64,000 nucleotides of DNA from an uncultured Roseibacillus sp. (GTDB lineage: Bacteria > Verrucomicrobiota > Verrucomicrobiia > Verrucomicrobiales > Akkermansiaceae): positions 106,458-170,457 of the forward strand of contig CAZGXV010000001.1 in NCBI GenBank assembly GCA_964529725.1, given 5' to 3'. Made by a program: the position numbers and the translations under genes. Below the pieces are notes generated by a model. That model did not search any database. It saw nothing but the letters and a program-made list of their open reading frames with translations, and had not been told where the DNA came from. This document shows positions 9,899-19,946 of the stretch, piece after piece. Position 1 is the first letter of the stretch. Each line of letters opens with the position of its first letter.

Positions 9899-11641
9899 AT
9901 GTCTCCCGCCCTCTCTAAAGTCATGTTTGCTTGTTTGCGTCCATTATTTCTCGTTCTGATTCTTTTTTTGCCAGCCTCCCTCTCAGCGGCTGGCGACGTC
10001 GAGCCCTTTTACCCCGGCGACAAGAAACTTCATCTAAAAGACCAATATTCCCAGTTTCCTGTTCCAACCTACAAGCTCCCTGCTGAGAAAAATGAGGATG
10101 GTTCCATGAACCTCGGGGGCACCTTGGCGGCACGCATCAAGGCCGATCCCTTCAACCTCGTTGCCACCCTCATTTTCATTTTCGCCATCGCGCACACTTT
10201 CATGGCGGGTTGGTTCAACAAACTTGCGCACCAAGCCGAGGTCGAGCATCACGAACGGATTCATAAACTCGGGCTGACCGGTGCAGCCAAACCCCAGCCC
10301 GATGCCGAAGACGACGTCTCCTTCAAGGCTACCATGCTTCACTTTTTTGGTGAGGTGGAAGCCATCTTCGGTATTTGGGTCATTGCCCTCGCGGCAGCCG
10401 CGATTGGATTCTACGACTGGGAGGCCTTCAAACTTTACGTCGGCTATGATCGCCAGTTCATCGAACCCGCATTCGTCGTCATTATTATGGCGATCGCGGC
10501 CTCGCGACCAGTGTTGCGCGCTTCGGAAACAGTCATGGCCTACGCTGCCAAGTTCGGTCACGGTTCCCCGGCGGCTTGGTGGCTTTCGGTGATGACCATC
10601 GCGCCTATCCTCGGTTCCTTCATCACCGAGCCCGCCGCCATGACCATTGGTGCGCTTCTGTTGGCTAAGAAAATCTATAAGCACAAGCCCAAGGCAGTCT
10701 TTGCCTACGCCACTCTGGGATTGCTTTTCGTGAATGTTTCGGTAGGGGGCACCTTGACTCATTTCGCCGCTCCTCCGGTACTGATGGTTGCCAGCACTTG
10801 GAGCTGGGACATGCCCTTTATGTTCACTCACTTTGGCTACAAAGCGGTCATCGCCATTTTTATCGCGAACGCCATCTTCTTCTTCAAGTTCCGGGGTGAA
10901 CTCGCTCGTCTGGCCGATAGTGCGGATGGAATCGAAGACGGCATCCAGCACCCGATTGCCTGGCACGAGCGCGAGGATCCTATCCCCGGTTGGGTCATCG
11001 CCACCCACGTCTTTTTTCTCGCTTGGACTGTCTTCAACGCCCACGACCCCATCCTCTTCATCGGAGGGTTCCTCTTCTTCTTGGCCTTTGTGGCCGCTAC
11101 TCAACATCACCAAAATGCCATCGCGATGAAGGGACCTCTCTTGGTGGGATTCTTCCTAGGAGCGCTCATTATTCACGGTGGCTGTCAGGCCTGGTGGATC
11201 GAGCCCATAATCGTCTCGCTGAACGATTCTCCCGGTCTCCTCATGTTTGGAGCGACCATTCTAACAGCCTTTAATGACAACGCCGCAATTACCTATCTCG
11301 CGTCGCAGGTGACCGACATCAGTTTCGCGGCCAAGCAAGCCGTCGTCGCAGGTGCGGTGGTCGGGGGTGGTCTAACCGTGATTGCCAACGCTCCCAACCC
11401 AGCCGGACAGTCTATCCTCTCCAAGCACTTCGAAGGTGGCATCTCCCCGCTCAAACTTCTCGCAGGAGCAATTGTGCCCACTCTTATCTGCTACCTTTGC
11501 ATGAGCTTCTTGCCCGCGATTGGGGATAGTTCTAAATACGACATTGCTCCGGCCAAGCACCACCACGTCGAGGAGCATCCCGAGGCTGCTTACCCGGCCG
11601 AAGAGAACCCTGTTATCGGAGCCCCTCTCAAGGACAACTAA
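9899..11641 (+). CDS. Putative Na+/H+ antiporter (Na_H_antiport_3-like multi-pass membrane protein); start uncertain (9875/9899/9923)
   Basis: Many TM segments; HFFGEVEAIFG, GSFITEPAAMT, NVSVGGTLTHFAAPPVLMV, DNAAITYL, GGGLTVIANAPNPAG. Confidence 0.8.
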   Translation: MSPALSKVMFACLRPLFLVLILFLPASLSAAGDVEPFYPGDKKLHLKDQYSQFPVPTYKLPAEKNEDGSMNLGGTLAARIKADPFNLVATLIFIFAIAHTFMAGWFNKLAHQAEVEHHERIHKLGLTGAAKPQPDAEDDVSFKATMLHFFGEVEAIFGIWVIALAAAAIGFYDWEAFKLYVGYDRQFIEPAFVVIIMAIAASRPVLRASETVMAYAAKFGHGSPAAWWLSVMTIAPILGSFITEPAAMTIGALLLAKKIYKHKPKAVFAYATLGLLFVNVSVGGTLTHFAAPPVLMVASTWSWDMPFMFTHFGYKAVIAIFIANAIFFFKFRGELARLADSADGIEDGIQHPIAWHEREDPIPGWVIATHVFFLAWTVFNAHDPILFIGGFLFFLAFVAATQHHQNAIAMKGPLLVGFFLGALIIHGGCQAWWIEPIIVSLNDSPGLLMFGATILTAFNDNAAITYLASQVTDISFAAKQAVVAGAVVGGGLTVIANAPNPAGQSILSKHFEGGISPLKLLAGAIVPTLICYLCMSFLPAIGDSSKYDIAPAKHHHVEEHPEAAYPAEENPVIGAPLKDN

Positions 11642-11642
11642 G

Positions 11643-12251
11643 ATGTTTACCGGATTGGTCGAAGCCGTTGGCACTGTTTCCCAACTCGAGGAAAAAGGCG
11701 AACAAGCGCGCCTCACGGTCAACCTCCCCTTCGCCAGCGAGTTAACTTTGGGTGACTCCGTCGCGGTCAATGGTTGCTGCCTGACGGTCACCGAAGTCTC
11801 GGTCTGTGCAGCCTCCTTCGACATCCTCTCACAGACACTGAAGGTCACCTCCTTGGGTCAACTCAAGTCTGGCTCCCCAGTCAATCTCGAGCGTGCCCTC
11901 CGGGTGGGTGATCGCCTCGGTGGGCACTTTGTGCAGGGACACGTTGATGCCGTGGGTGAGATTCTCGATTGGTCCGAAATGGGCCAAGACCATCGCCTCG
12001 AGGTCAGTCTTCCTGAGGACATTCGCGCCTTGTGCATTCCCAAGGGTTCGCTTGCCATCGACGGCATCTCACTCACCCTTGCTGAGCTCACTGCGGATTC
12101 GGCAGTCTGCTGGATTACGCCTCATACAGTCGTAGCGACCCATCTCGAGAGCGCGGCAGCTGGCCAGAAAGTCAATCTGGAAGCCGACTTACTCGCCAAG
12201 TATGTGCGCCAGCAATTGCCTGCCTCGCCATCGACTGAAACGACGAAGTAG
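11643..12251 (+). CDS. ribE: Riboflavin synthase (alpha chain)
   Basis: MFTGLVE start, GDSVAVNGCCLTV, NLERAL, GGHFVQGHVD, VNLEAD. Confidence 0.97.
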   Translation: MFTGLVEAVGTVSQLEEKGEQARLTVNLPFASELTLGDSVAVNGCCLTVTEVSVCAASFDILSQTLKVTSLGQLKSGSPVNLERALRVGDRLGGHFVQGHVDAVGEILDWSEMGQDHRLEVSLPEDIRALCIPKGSLAIDGISLTLAELTADSAVCWITPHTVVATHLESAAAGQKVNLEADLLAKYVRQQLPASPSTETTK

Positions 12252-12303
12252 TCAAAAAAATCAATTCGCCCTTTTCGCCAAGCCTGCTTTCATTAGGACC
12301 TCA

Positions 12304-14457
12304 ATGAGCACCGCAAACGTCGAAATCATGGGAGCAGATCGCTTGCCTTCCACCGGAACCATTTTGATTCCGGGAAGTCTGAACCTGCCCCAACTCCTAG
12401 CCTTGGAATCCAAGCTGTCCGACCGTCGCGTCACCTTTTTAGCCGAGGAGGGTCTCTCGCTCGATCCTGAGGTCCAGAAGCATCTCGACCGGCCTCAAGT
12501 CGCCGGGGCCGTTTTTTCCCGCAGTGACAATCCCGACTCCGTAGCCAAAGCACTGTCCGAAGCCCTTGCCAACAATGGCCTGGTTCTCTTTGTGCCTGGC
12601 GTGGCCAATGCCCGCCCCGGAACACCTTCACTCGTTCCTGCCGAGGTGCTGAAATTCCTCTGTGGTCTCGGCATGAGTGTCACTCCGGTCGCTATCCACA
12701 CCCCTACCGATTGTCGCCTCAGTATCGAATCCGCGACTGGGCTTCCCGATGCTATTCTCACTTTTGGAGTCCCCATGGCGACAGGTGAAGCCAGTTTACC
12801 AGGCTATCAGGAGTCGCTTTTCGAGGCCTCGGAAGCCGCTTTCTCGAGCCGTGAATTCCTCGATGGTTCTTTATCGGTCGCGTTGCTCAAAGGCCTGAAG
12901 CTGCATGCTAATACGACCGTGCTCCATGATGGCACCGATGATTCCGAACTGCCTTTTTCGAAAATCCTCGGCGTCGCCATTGCTTTTTCCAAAGAGATTG
13001 CCAAGTCCACCAAGAAGAAGCGGGTGGGCATTCTTCTCCCTCCCGGCAAAGGCGGCATGATCGCCAACCTCGCGGTTCTCTTTGCTAACAAGATTCCCGT
13101 AAACCTCAATTTCACCGCTTCCCAAGACGCGGTGAAGTCCTCCATCAAGCAAGCGGACCTCGATAAGTTCATCACCGCCGATCCCTTTGTGCGCAAGGTC
13201 TCTTCTTTTCCTTGGCCACCCAATCGTGACCTCATCTTCATCGAGCGGACCCTGCCTTTGATTAAGAAGCAGATCATCAAGTGGATCGTGCTGTCCAAAC
13301 TCCTTCCCGCGAATGCCCTCATCAAAATGTTGGGGCTTGGCCAAAGCAAGGGTGATGACGAGGCCATCCTTCTCTTCACCTCCGGCTCCTCGGGAGAACC
13401 CAAGGGAGTTCCTCTTTCCCATCGCAATCTCCTCGGCAACGTCTGCCAATTATCCAGTAGAATCAAACTGCCTGACGACTCCAAGATTCTCGGCTGCTTG
13501 CCTCTCTTCCACTCCTTTGGGTGTACTGTCACTCTCTGGTTTCCGATCATTGAGGGGCTCAATCTCGTCACTTATTCTTCGCCGCTGGAGACCAAGCGAC
13601 TGGCTGAGCTGATTCACGATCACGAGATTCCTCTCTTCCTAGCGACCCCCACCTTTCTTCGCGGTTACCTCAAACGGATTAAACCCGAACAACTCGCTCC
13701 TCTCAAACTCGTCATCACGGGCGCAGAGAAACTGCCCGACTCCCTAGCCGACTCCTTCGAAGAGAAGTTCGGGATTCGGCCCCTTGAGGGCTATGGTCTC
13801 ACCGAAACGTCCCCGGCCACGAACGTCAACCTTCCGCCGTTGGAAAACCGTGAGGGCTTGGAACCGATTCCCAGCAGTCGCCCGGGGTCAGTGGGCCATC
13901 TCCTACCCGGTATCGCAGCCCGGATCACCGACCCCGCAACCGACGAGCCGATACCCGTGAGCCAATCCGGTATCCTCTGGCTCCGTGGGCCCAACATATT
14001 CCCCGGCTATCTCAATCGTGATGACCTGACAGAAGGGGTCTTCGAGGAGGGCTGGTTCAAGACCAACGATGTCGCGCGCTTTGATGACGACGGGTTCCTC
14101 TACATCGAAGGACGCATGTCCCGCTTTTCCAAAATCGCTGGTGAGATGGTGCCTCATGAAGTGGTGGAGGCCGCCGTTGATAAGGCGCTCGGTTACGATA
14201 AGGAAGATGTCCGCAAGGTGGCTGTCGTCAGTGTCCCGGACGAGGCCAAAGGTGAAGGCATCGGCCTTCTTTCTACGGTCATCAGCGACATGCTCGAACA
14301 AGACGTCATCGACCTTCGCTACAAGCTGCTGGATGCCGGGTTGCCCTCTCTCTGGTGCCCCAAGGTGATTATCCCAGTCGCTGAAATCCCTGTCCTCGCT
14401 TCCGGCAAGCTCGACCTGAAGGCCTGCCAGGCCATCGGAATGGGCGAGAAGAGCTAA
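12304..14457 (+). CDS. Aas-like protein: degenerate PlsC acyltransferase domain fused to an acyl-ACP synthetase (AMP-binding) domain
   Basis: FTSGSSGEPKG, EGYGLTETSP, GRMSRFSKIAGEMVP, GKLDL. The N-terminal domain lacks NH(X4)D and FPEG. Confidence 0.85.
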   Translation: MSTANVEIMGADRLPSTGTILIPGSLNLPQLLALESKLSDRRVTFLAEEGLSLDPEVQKHLDRPQVAGAVFSRSDNPDSVAKALSEALANNGLVLFVPGVANARPGTPSLVPAEVLKFLCGLGMSVTPVAIHTPTDCRLSIESATGLPDAILTFGVPMATGEASLPGYQESLFEASEAAFSSREFLDGSLSVALLKGLKLHANTTVLHDGTDDSELPFSKILGVAIAFSKEIAKSTKKKRVGILLPPGKGGMIANLAVLFANKIPVNLNFTASQDAVKSSIKQADLDKFITADPFVRKVSSFPWPPNRDLIFIERTLPLIKKQIIKWIVLSKLLPANALIKMLGLGQSKGDDEAILLFTSGSSGEPKGVPLSHRNLLGNVCQLSSRIKLPDDSKILGCLPLFHSFGCTVTLWFPIIEGLNLVTYSSPLETKRLAELIHDHEIPLFLATPTFLRGYLKRIKPEQLAPLKLVITGAEKLPDSLADSFEEKFGIRPLEGYGLTETSPATNVNLPPLENREGLEPIPSSRPGSVGHLLPGIAARITDPATDEPIPVSQSGILWLRGPNIFPGYLNRDDLTEGVFEEGWFKTNDVARFDDDGFLYIEGRMSRFSKIAGEMVPHEVVEAAVDKALGYDKEDVRKVAVVSVPDEAKGEGIGLLSTVISDMLEQDVIDLRYKLLDAGLPSLWCPKVIIPVAEIPVLASGKLDLKACQAIGMGEKS

Positions 14458-14531
14458 CCACTGGCCGGTGCTTCTGTGAGGAACCGGCCCCTGCCAATAG
14501 GAAGAGTAAGGGCGAGCCCCGGCTTGAAAAG

Positions 14532-15461
14532 ATGACCCGTTTCGACCGCTTCATGGCAACTGCGCTCTACCATCCGGAGCGTGGCTACTACACTTCTCGT
14601 ATCAAGAGCGTCGGCACGCGCGGGGACTTCACCACTACGCCCCAGGTCTCCGACACGTTGGCAAAAGCCATTGCCAACCGTTTTCGACAATCCGGTTTCC
14701 GACATCTCATCGAAGTGGGCCCCGGCACGGGGCTCCTGGCTCAGCAAGTGAGACAACAACTCCCCTTTCTAACCAGACAAAGAACCCAGCAACACCTCGT
14801 CGAAGTTTCTTCACCACTGCGGTCGCTTCAGAAAAAGAACAACCCAAAGGCGCGCCATCACGACAGCATGGCATCGGCACTCGCGGCGACCCAAGGCGAA
14901 GCGTTCATCTACTCCAACGAATTAGTGGATGCCTTCCCCGTCCGCATTTTTCGCAAAGAAGAAAATGGTTGGTCGGAGCTCCACCTCGCCGGAGCGCAAC
15001 CCAATCTCAGCGAACATTTTCTCCCCGCCGAGAGCCTTCCACAATCTTCCCTTTTTGAAGAAAACTACCCACTGCACCAACGAGTCGAGATTCACGAAAG
15101 CTATCATCATTGGCTCTCGCATTGGCTGCCTTCTCTCCATCGAGGGCAAGTTCTCACCATCGACTATGTCGCTCCCTCTCAGCGGCTCTTGGGCGGCACC
15201 TTGCGTGGATATTTTCTCCAAGAACGACTCACCGGTTCCAACCTTTACCAGAACGCAGGTCACACCGACCTGACCGCCGATGTCTCTTTTAACGATTTGG
15301 AACGGTGGAGCCAGGCCCTGGGCCTTCAGACTGTCCTCCGTCAGAGTCAACGCGACTTTCTCAGCCCCTTCTCCACTGACTCTGCCCGCGATCGCTTTCT
15401 TACCGACGGCGAGGGAGCGGGCACTGCCTTTGAGGTTTTGATTCAGGAAAAACTGAAGTGA
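14532..15461 (+). CDS. SAM-dependent methyltransferase, MidA/NDUFAF7 family
   Basis: ALYHPERGYY, GDFTTTP, IEVGPGTG, SNELVDAFP, DLTADV. Confidence 0.88.
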   Translation: MTRFDRFMATALYHPERGYYTSRIKSVGTRGDFTTTPQVSDTLAKAIANRFRQSGFRHLIEVGPGTGLLAQQVRQQLPFLTRQRTQQHLVEVSSPLRSLQKKNNPKARHHDSMASALAATQGEAFIYSNELVDAFPVRIFRKEENGWSELHLAGAQPNLSEHFLPAESLPQSSLFEENYPLHQRVEIHESYHHWLSHWLPSLHRGQVLTIDYVAPSQRLLGGTLRGYFLQERLTGSNLYQNAGHTDLTADVSFNDLERWSQALGLQTVLRQSQRDFLSPFSTDSARDRFLTDGEGAGTAFEVLIQEKLK

Positions 15462-15607
15462 GCAATCTGCGTTCCCGGACCTGAAAACACGGTTTTTCCA
15501 AGAAAAGATAAGGCTCATCCGCTACTCCTCGACCTGAATGACTCGCGAATGTAGAAAGGGAACGGTTTGGGGTTCAAAAGTTCGTCAAAGCCCGCTAACC
15601 CCTCCCC

Positions 15608-17620
15608 GTGCTTTCTGTCAAAAACCTCCGTGTTGAGTTCGGTCCCCGGGTCGTGTTCTCGGATTTGTCCTTCTCCATCAACGATGGCGAGCGTATCGCC
15701 TTTGCGGGACACAACGGCGCCGGAAAATCGACTTTGATGAAATGCATCGGAGGCGTGCTCAGGCCCAACGGAGGCGAAATCAATAAACCCCGTGGCCATC
15801 GCATCGGATACCTTCCTCAAGAAGGAATCCATGTGAAGGGCAAAACCGTCTACGAGGAGACGGAATCCGCCTTTGGGGAATCCCAGCAATGGCAGCAAGA
15901 GCTGAAGGAATTAGAGCAGGAGCTAGAGACCCTCGATCCCCGCTCCGACCCTTACTCCAAGGCACTCGAGCGGATGGGCGAAATTGACCTGCTTCTCGAG
16001 CACTTCGATCCTTCGCGCATCAAGGCCAGCATCGAGTCAGTGCTGGCTGGCCTCGGCTTCAAGCGGGAAGACCTGCAACGTGATTGCGCGGAATTCTCGG
16101 GCGGCTGGCAAATGCGCATCGCGATGGCCAAGCTCTTCCTCGCCGAACCCGAGATTCTCTTACTGGATGAGCCCACCAACCACCTCGACATCACCGCCCA
16201 GAACTTCATGGAAGGCTACCTCCACAATTATCGCGGAGCCATTGCCCTCATCTCCCATGACCGCTCCCTCATGGATAGCTTGGTCACTCGCACCATCGCC
16301 TTCCACCATGGACGTGCTGAAGAATTCTCCGGTAACTACTCCTCCTACGAGACCCAACTCGCGGAACGGCAGGAGATTCGAATCAAACAGAAAAAGGCAC
16401 AGGACCGCGAAATCGAGCAAATTGAACGCTTCATCAACCGCTTTCGCGCACAAGCTAACAAGGCCTCCCAAGTGCAGTCCCGCATCAAGCAATTGGCCAA
16501 AATCGAGCGTATCGAAATCGACGCTGCCGAGTCCCAGGTTTCCTTCCGCTTCCCCGACCCTCCACCGACCACGCAGTCCGTTGCCAAGCTCGAGAATGCG
16601 GGCAAGGCCTACGGTGACCTCAAAATCTTCGAAGGCTTTGACTTCGAAATCGAACGAAAAGAGAAAATCGCCATCGTGGGGCCCAATGGGGCAGGTAAAT
16701 CAACCTTCTGTCGTCTCATTACTGGCGAGGAAAATCCCAGTTCCGGCAACCACGAACTGGGTGCTAAGACCTTGCCCAGCTTTTTCAACCAGAACCACGC
16801 CGACGAACTCGACCCCGAGCTGACCGTCCTCGAGACCGTCGAGCAAGTCGCGACCCGGGGCCGCACTCTTTCAGCTCGCGATGTCTTGGGTTGCTTCTTG
16901 TTTAAGGGTGATGATGTCTTTAAAAAAGTCGGCGTTCTTTCAGGGGGTGAACGCTCGCGCGTTGCTTTGGTGCGCATGCTTGTTCGGCCCGCTAACTTTC
17001 TCATTCTGGACGAACCCACCAACCACCTCGATATGCGTTCGCAGGACATCCTGCAGCAAGCGCTCATGGAGTATGAGGGCACCCTTCTCATTGTATCGCA
17101 CAATCGGGACTTTCTCGATCCCATCATTTCCAAAACCATCGAGTTTCGCCAAGGTCACGATCCTCGCCTCTTCCACGGCAACCTGACCTACTACCTCGAC
17201 AAGGTTGAGCGTGAAGAGAATGAAGCCAAGAACAGGGTCGCGGTCCCCGTCGCAACCGCAAAGCCGGCACCCGCTCCCAAACCAGCCTCGCCCTCCAAGC
17301 CAGCAAGCTCAGCTAGTCCTACTCCCACCCAACCTCAGGTCAACCGCAAGGAGCAGCGGAAGGCGCAAGCGGCTGCGCGACAGAAATTGGCCCCCTTGCA
17401 ACGCGACCTCGAAAAACTGGAAGAAGAAATCGCCCAAATCGAATCGGCGCAGAACCAACTATCCGAACACCTCTCCAGCCCCGAAGTGGCCGCTGATACT
17501 GAGAAATTTCAGGAGACTAGTCATGCCTTGGCGAACCTCACGGACAAACTCAACAAAGCCTACTCCCGCTGGGACACCCTCACTGCGGAAATCGAGGCCT
17601 TGGAAAGCACACTCGGCTAA
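15608..17620 (+). CDS. ABC-F family ATP-binding protein (two NBDs, C-terminal coiled coil)
   Basis: GHNGAGKST, FSGGWQMR, LDEPTNHLD; second NBD GPNGAGKST, LSGGERSR, LDEPTNHLD. No TM segments. Confidence 0.95.
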   Translation: MLSVKNLRVEFGPRVVFSDLSFSINDGERIAFAGHNGAGKSTLMKCIGGVLRPNGGEINKPRGHRIGYLPQEGIHVKGKTVYEETESAFGESQQWQQELKELEQELETLDPRSDPYSKALERMGEIDLLLEHFDPSRIKASIESVLAGLGFKREDLQRDCAEFSGGWQMRIAMAKLFLAEPEILLLDEPTNHLDITAQNFMEGYLHNYRGAIALISHDRSLMDSLVTRTIAFHHGRAEEFSGNYSSYETQLAERQEIRIKQKKAQDREIEQIERFINRFRAQANKASQVQSRIKQLAKIERIEIDAAESQVSFRFPDPPPTTQSVAKLENAGKAYGDLKIFEGFDFEIERKEKIAIVGPNGAGKSTFCRLITGEENPSSGNHELGAKTLPSFFNQNHADELDPELTVLETVEQVATRGRTLSARDVLGCFLFKGDDVFKKVGVLSGGERSRVALVRMLVRPANFLILDEPTNHLDMRSQDILQQALMEYEGTLLIVSHNRDFLDPIISKTIEFRQGHDPRLFHGNLTYYLDKVEREENEAKNRVAVPVATAKPAPAPKPASPSKPASSASPTPTQPQVNRKEQRKAQAAARQKLAPLQRDLEKLEEEIAQIESAQNQLSEHLSSPEVAADTEKFQETSHALANLTDKLNKAYSRWDTLTAEIEALESTLG

Positions 17621-17688
17621 CAGGGCCCAAAGGCCAGAGACGGTGTTTGCGATTCATGGCGAAAAAGCCTAACTTCCGGTGCCAGGCC

Positions 17689-19047
17689 ATGCCGCTTTTC
17701 AAAAAGATCGCCCTCACCCTTGTGTTCCTCCTCGTCGCTGGCGTGGCCAGGACGCCCTTGGAACGGCCTTTGGGTAGAGAGATGAGGGCGTCGGGAATTT
17801 TGGCTGAGCCTCTCGATGCGGCCACCTCGGAATCGCTCGGGCAGACCTCGGCAGCTATCGCGCTGGGAGGACTTCGTTCGCTGGTGGCGGCCACCCTCAA
17901 CTTTTCCCAAGTGGTCACCGCCTGGCAGGACCAAGATTGGCTGAGCATCTTCAATACCTTCAAGCAAATCCACACCTTGCAACCGCAGGTCAGCTATTAT
18001 TGGGAAGCTGCTGCGGGCTATGCTGCTGATGACGCCTACTCGGACTATCGCGACCGACCAGGAGTCCCCGAAGCCCAGCGTAAGCTGCGACGGAACGAGT
18101 TTTTCACCAAAGGCATCTCCTACCTCGACGAAGGCATCGAGAACATTCCCGACGCCATCAAGCTTTATGAGATGAAGGCCCGTATGCTCTCCGATACTTA
18201 CAAGCCCGAGCACATCGATTATGCCGCCGCCACCCAAGTTCTTGATGAGGCCGTAAAGCAGGAAAACAAGACCGACATCGTCGACCGTCAACGACTGTAT
18301 CTGATGTCCCGGGTGCCCGAGAGACGTCGCGAGGCGCTCCAACTCGCGAAGGATATTTTTGCCACTCCGGAGTTTCGCTTCCCCTCCGTCAAGAGCACGC
18401 TCCACGCGCTACAAAACGAGTTCCCGGAAGAGGCCACGATACCGACCACCGACATCTATGCCTCGGAGACCGATGTCATTCGCTCACTCTTCAACTACTA
18501 TCAGCGTCGTAGCGAGGACTTGCCGATGGCAGGGGTGCGAAAAGAACTCGAAGAGCGCATCTCTCCGCTTAAACTTCCGCAAGCTCTCGACCCTTTGCGC
18601 AATCCGGACATTAAGCGCGTCACCCTCAAGCTAGCGGACCTGATGGAATACTTTCCCATCACCCTCTCGGACGATCCCTTTGGTGAGGCCTCAGACTGGC
18701 CCATCGTGATTGACCACTTTCAAGAATACGGAGACGAGAGCGTTCCCACCGTTCGGGTACTCTTTTTTGTTCTCCAAAAAATCTCAGGCATCGATAGCGC
18801 CCAACACTTGCCCACTTCCAAGATATTTCCGGACGAGCTGGTCAAGATTCGCGACTTGGCCAATTTCCATCTCGATGAGAGCCACGACTTCCCGCGTCAA
18901 GGGGTTCTCGAGGAGCTGGAGTCGTCACTGGTAAGCGCGGGAATTCCCGCTGAACTCAATCCACTGGTCACTCGGGAGCTCTTTCCGCTGACCCGGGACT
19001 GGATTAAGGAAGTCACCAAATGGAGTTTCGAGCAGGCGGTCAAATAG
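17689..19047 (+). CDS. Hypothetical membrane-anchored helical (TPR-like) protein with an internal tandem duplication
   Basis: N-terminal hydrophobic helix, LGGLRSLVA...TLQPQ..YW helical region, two ~85-aa C-terminal repeats. Confidence 0.75.
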   Translation: MPLFKKIALTLVFLLVAGVARTPLERPLGREMRASGILAEPLDAATSESLGQTSAAIALGGLRSLVAATLNFSQVVTAWQDQDWLSIFNTFKQIHTLQPQVSYYWEAAAGYAADDAYSDYRDRPGVPEAQRKLRRNEFFTKGISYLDEGIENIPDAIKLYEMKARMLSDTYKPEHIDYAAATQVLDEAVKQENKTDIVDRQRLYLMSRVPERRREALQLAKDIFATPEFRFPSVKSTLHALQNEFPEEATIPTTDIYASETDVIRSLFNYYQRRSEDLPMAGVRKELEERISPLKLPQALDPLRNPDIKRVTLKLADLMEYFPITLSDDPFGEASDWPIVIDHFQEYGDESVPTVRVLFFVLQKISGIDSAQHLPTSKIFPDELVKIRDLANFHLDESHDFPRQGVLEELESSLVSAGIPAELNPLVTRELFPLTRDWIKEVTKWSFEQAVK

Positions 19048-19148
19048 TCATTGCGCCGACGCCTGAGAGGAAGCTGAATTCGCCAGATTTTAGCTAGGAC
19101 TCGCCCCCCTCACCCTGTTAACCTCCACCTCCCTGACACTCACAACCG

Positions 19149-19871
19149 ATGCGCATTGCCCTTTTCGCTGATATCCACGCCAACCTCGAAGCCTTGGAGG
19201 CCGTTCTTGCTGACGCCGATGAACAAGGCTGCACCGACTATGTCTGCCTCGGTGACGTCGTCGGTTACAATGCCAATCCCGCGGAATGCCTCGAGCGGAT
19301 TCGTGAAATTGGTTGCCCGGTGGTGAAGGGAAACCATGACGAAGACTGCGGCGGCGATCACTCGCTGGATGCAATGAACCCGGTCGCTGCGGAAGCCCTC
19401 CGCTGGACGCGAACGCAGCTGAACGAGGAGCAGCGTGATTGGCTGCGGAAGCTGCGCATGGTGCGACAGGTAGAAGACTTTACCATCGTTCACTCTTCGC
19501 TCGATCAGCCTCAGGTCTGGAATTACGTGACCAATAAATTCGATGCGATGTCGAGTTTCTCCTACCAGTTCACTAAGATTTGCTTCCACGGACACACTCA
19601 TGTGCCCCGAGTCTTTTCCAAGGATGACTCTGTGACCGAGCTGCCAGCCGAACAAGTGGAGTTCGACGATAAGCTCAAGTATTTCATCAATGTGGGTTCG
19701 GTCGGACAACCCCGGAACGGCGATTGGCGGGCCTGTTACGCGATTTACGACATTCCTTCCAACGTGCTGGTCTATCGCCGCTTGGAATATGACATTGTCA
19801 CCGCCCAGCAAAAAGTTCGTGAGGCTGGCCTCCCTGAAATGCTGGCTACCCGCTTGGCTGAAGGTCGATAG
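19149..19871 (+). CDS. Calcineurin-like metallophosphoesterase
   Basis: DIHAN, GDVVGY, GNHD, HGHTH, NVGSVGQPR. Confidence 0.93.
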   Translation: MRIALFADIHANLEALEAVLADADEQGCTDYVCLGDVVGYNANPAECLERIREIGCPVVKGNHDEDCGGDHSLDAMNPVAAEALRWTRTQLNEEQRDWLRKLRMVRQVEDFTIVHSSLDQPQVWNYVTNKFDAMSSFSYQFTKICFHGHTHVPRVFSKDDSVTELPAEQVEFDDKLKYFINVGSVGQPRNGDWRACYAIYDIPSNVLVYRRLEYDIVTAQQKVREAGLPEMLATRLAEGR

Positions 19872-19946
19872 AAGGCTTTCCTCCACCCAATTTCCTTCTA
19901 GTTCGAGAGTTGTCAGACAGCTCATTCGGGTGTTTACTGTTTTGAT

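Noticed and set aside
10034-11113. 359-aa antisense ORF (also 36173-37102, 58496-59458, 12807-13571, 52439-53155 and many shorter ones)
   Set aside because: They lie wholly opposite well-supported genes and carry no motifs; these are shadow ORFs.
17260-17345. Pro/Ala/Ser-rich stretch in the ABC-F gene as a repeat or insertion
   Set aside because: An ordinary flexible linker before the C-terminal coiled coil, with no nucleotide periodicity.
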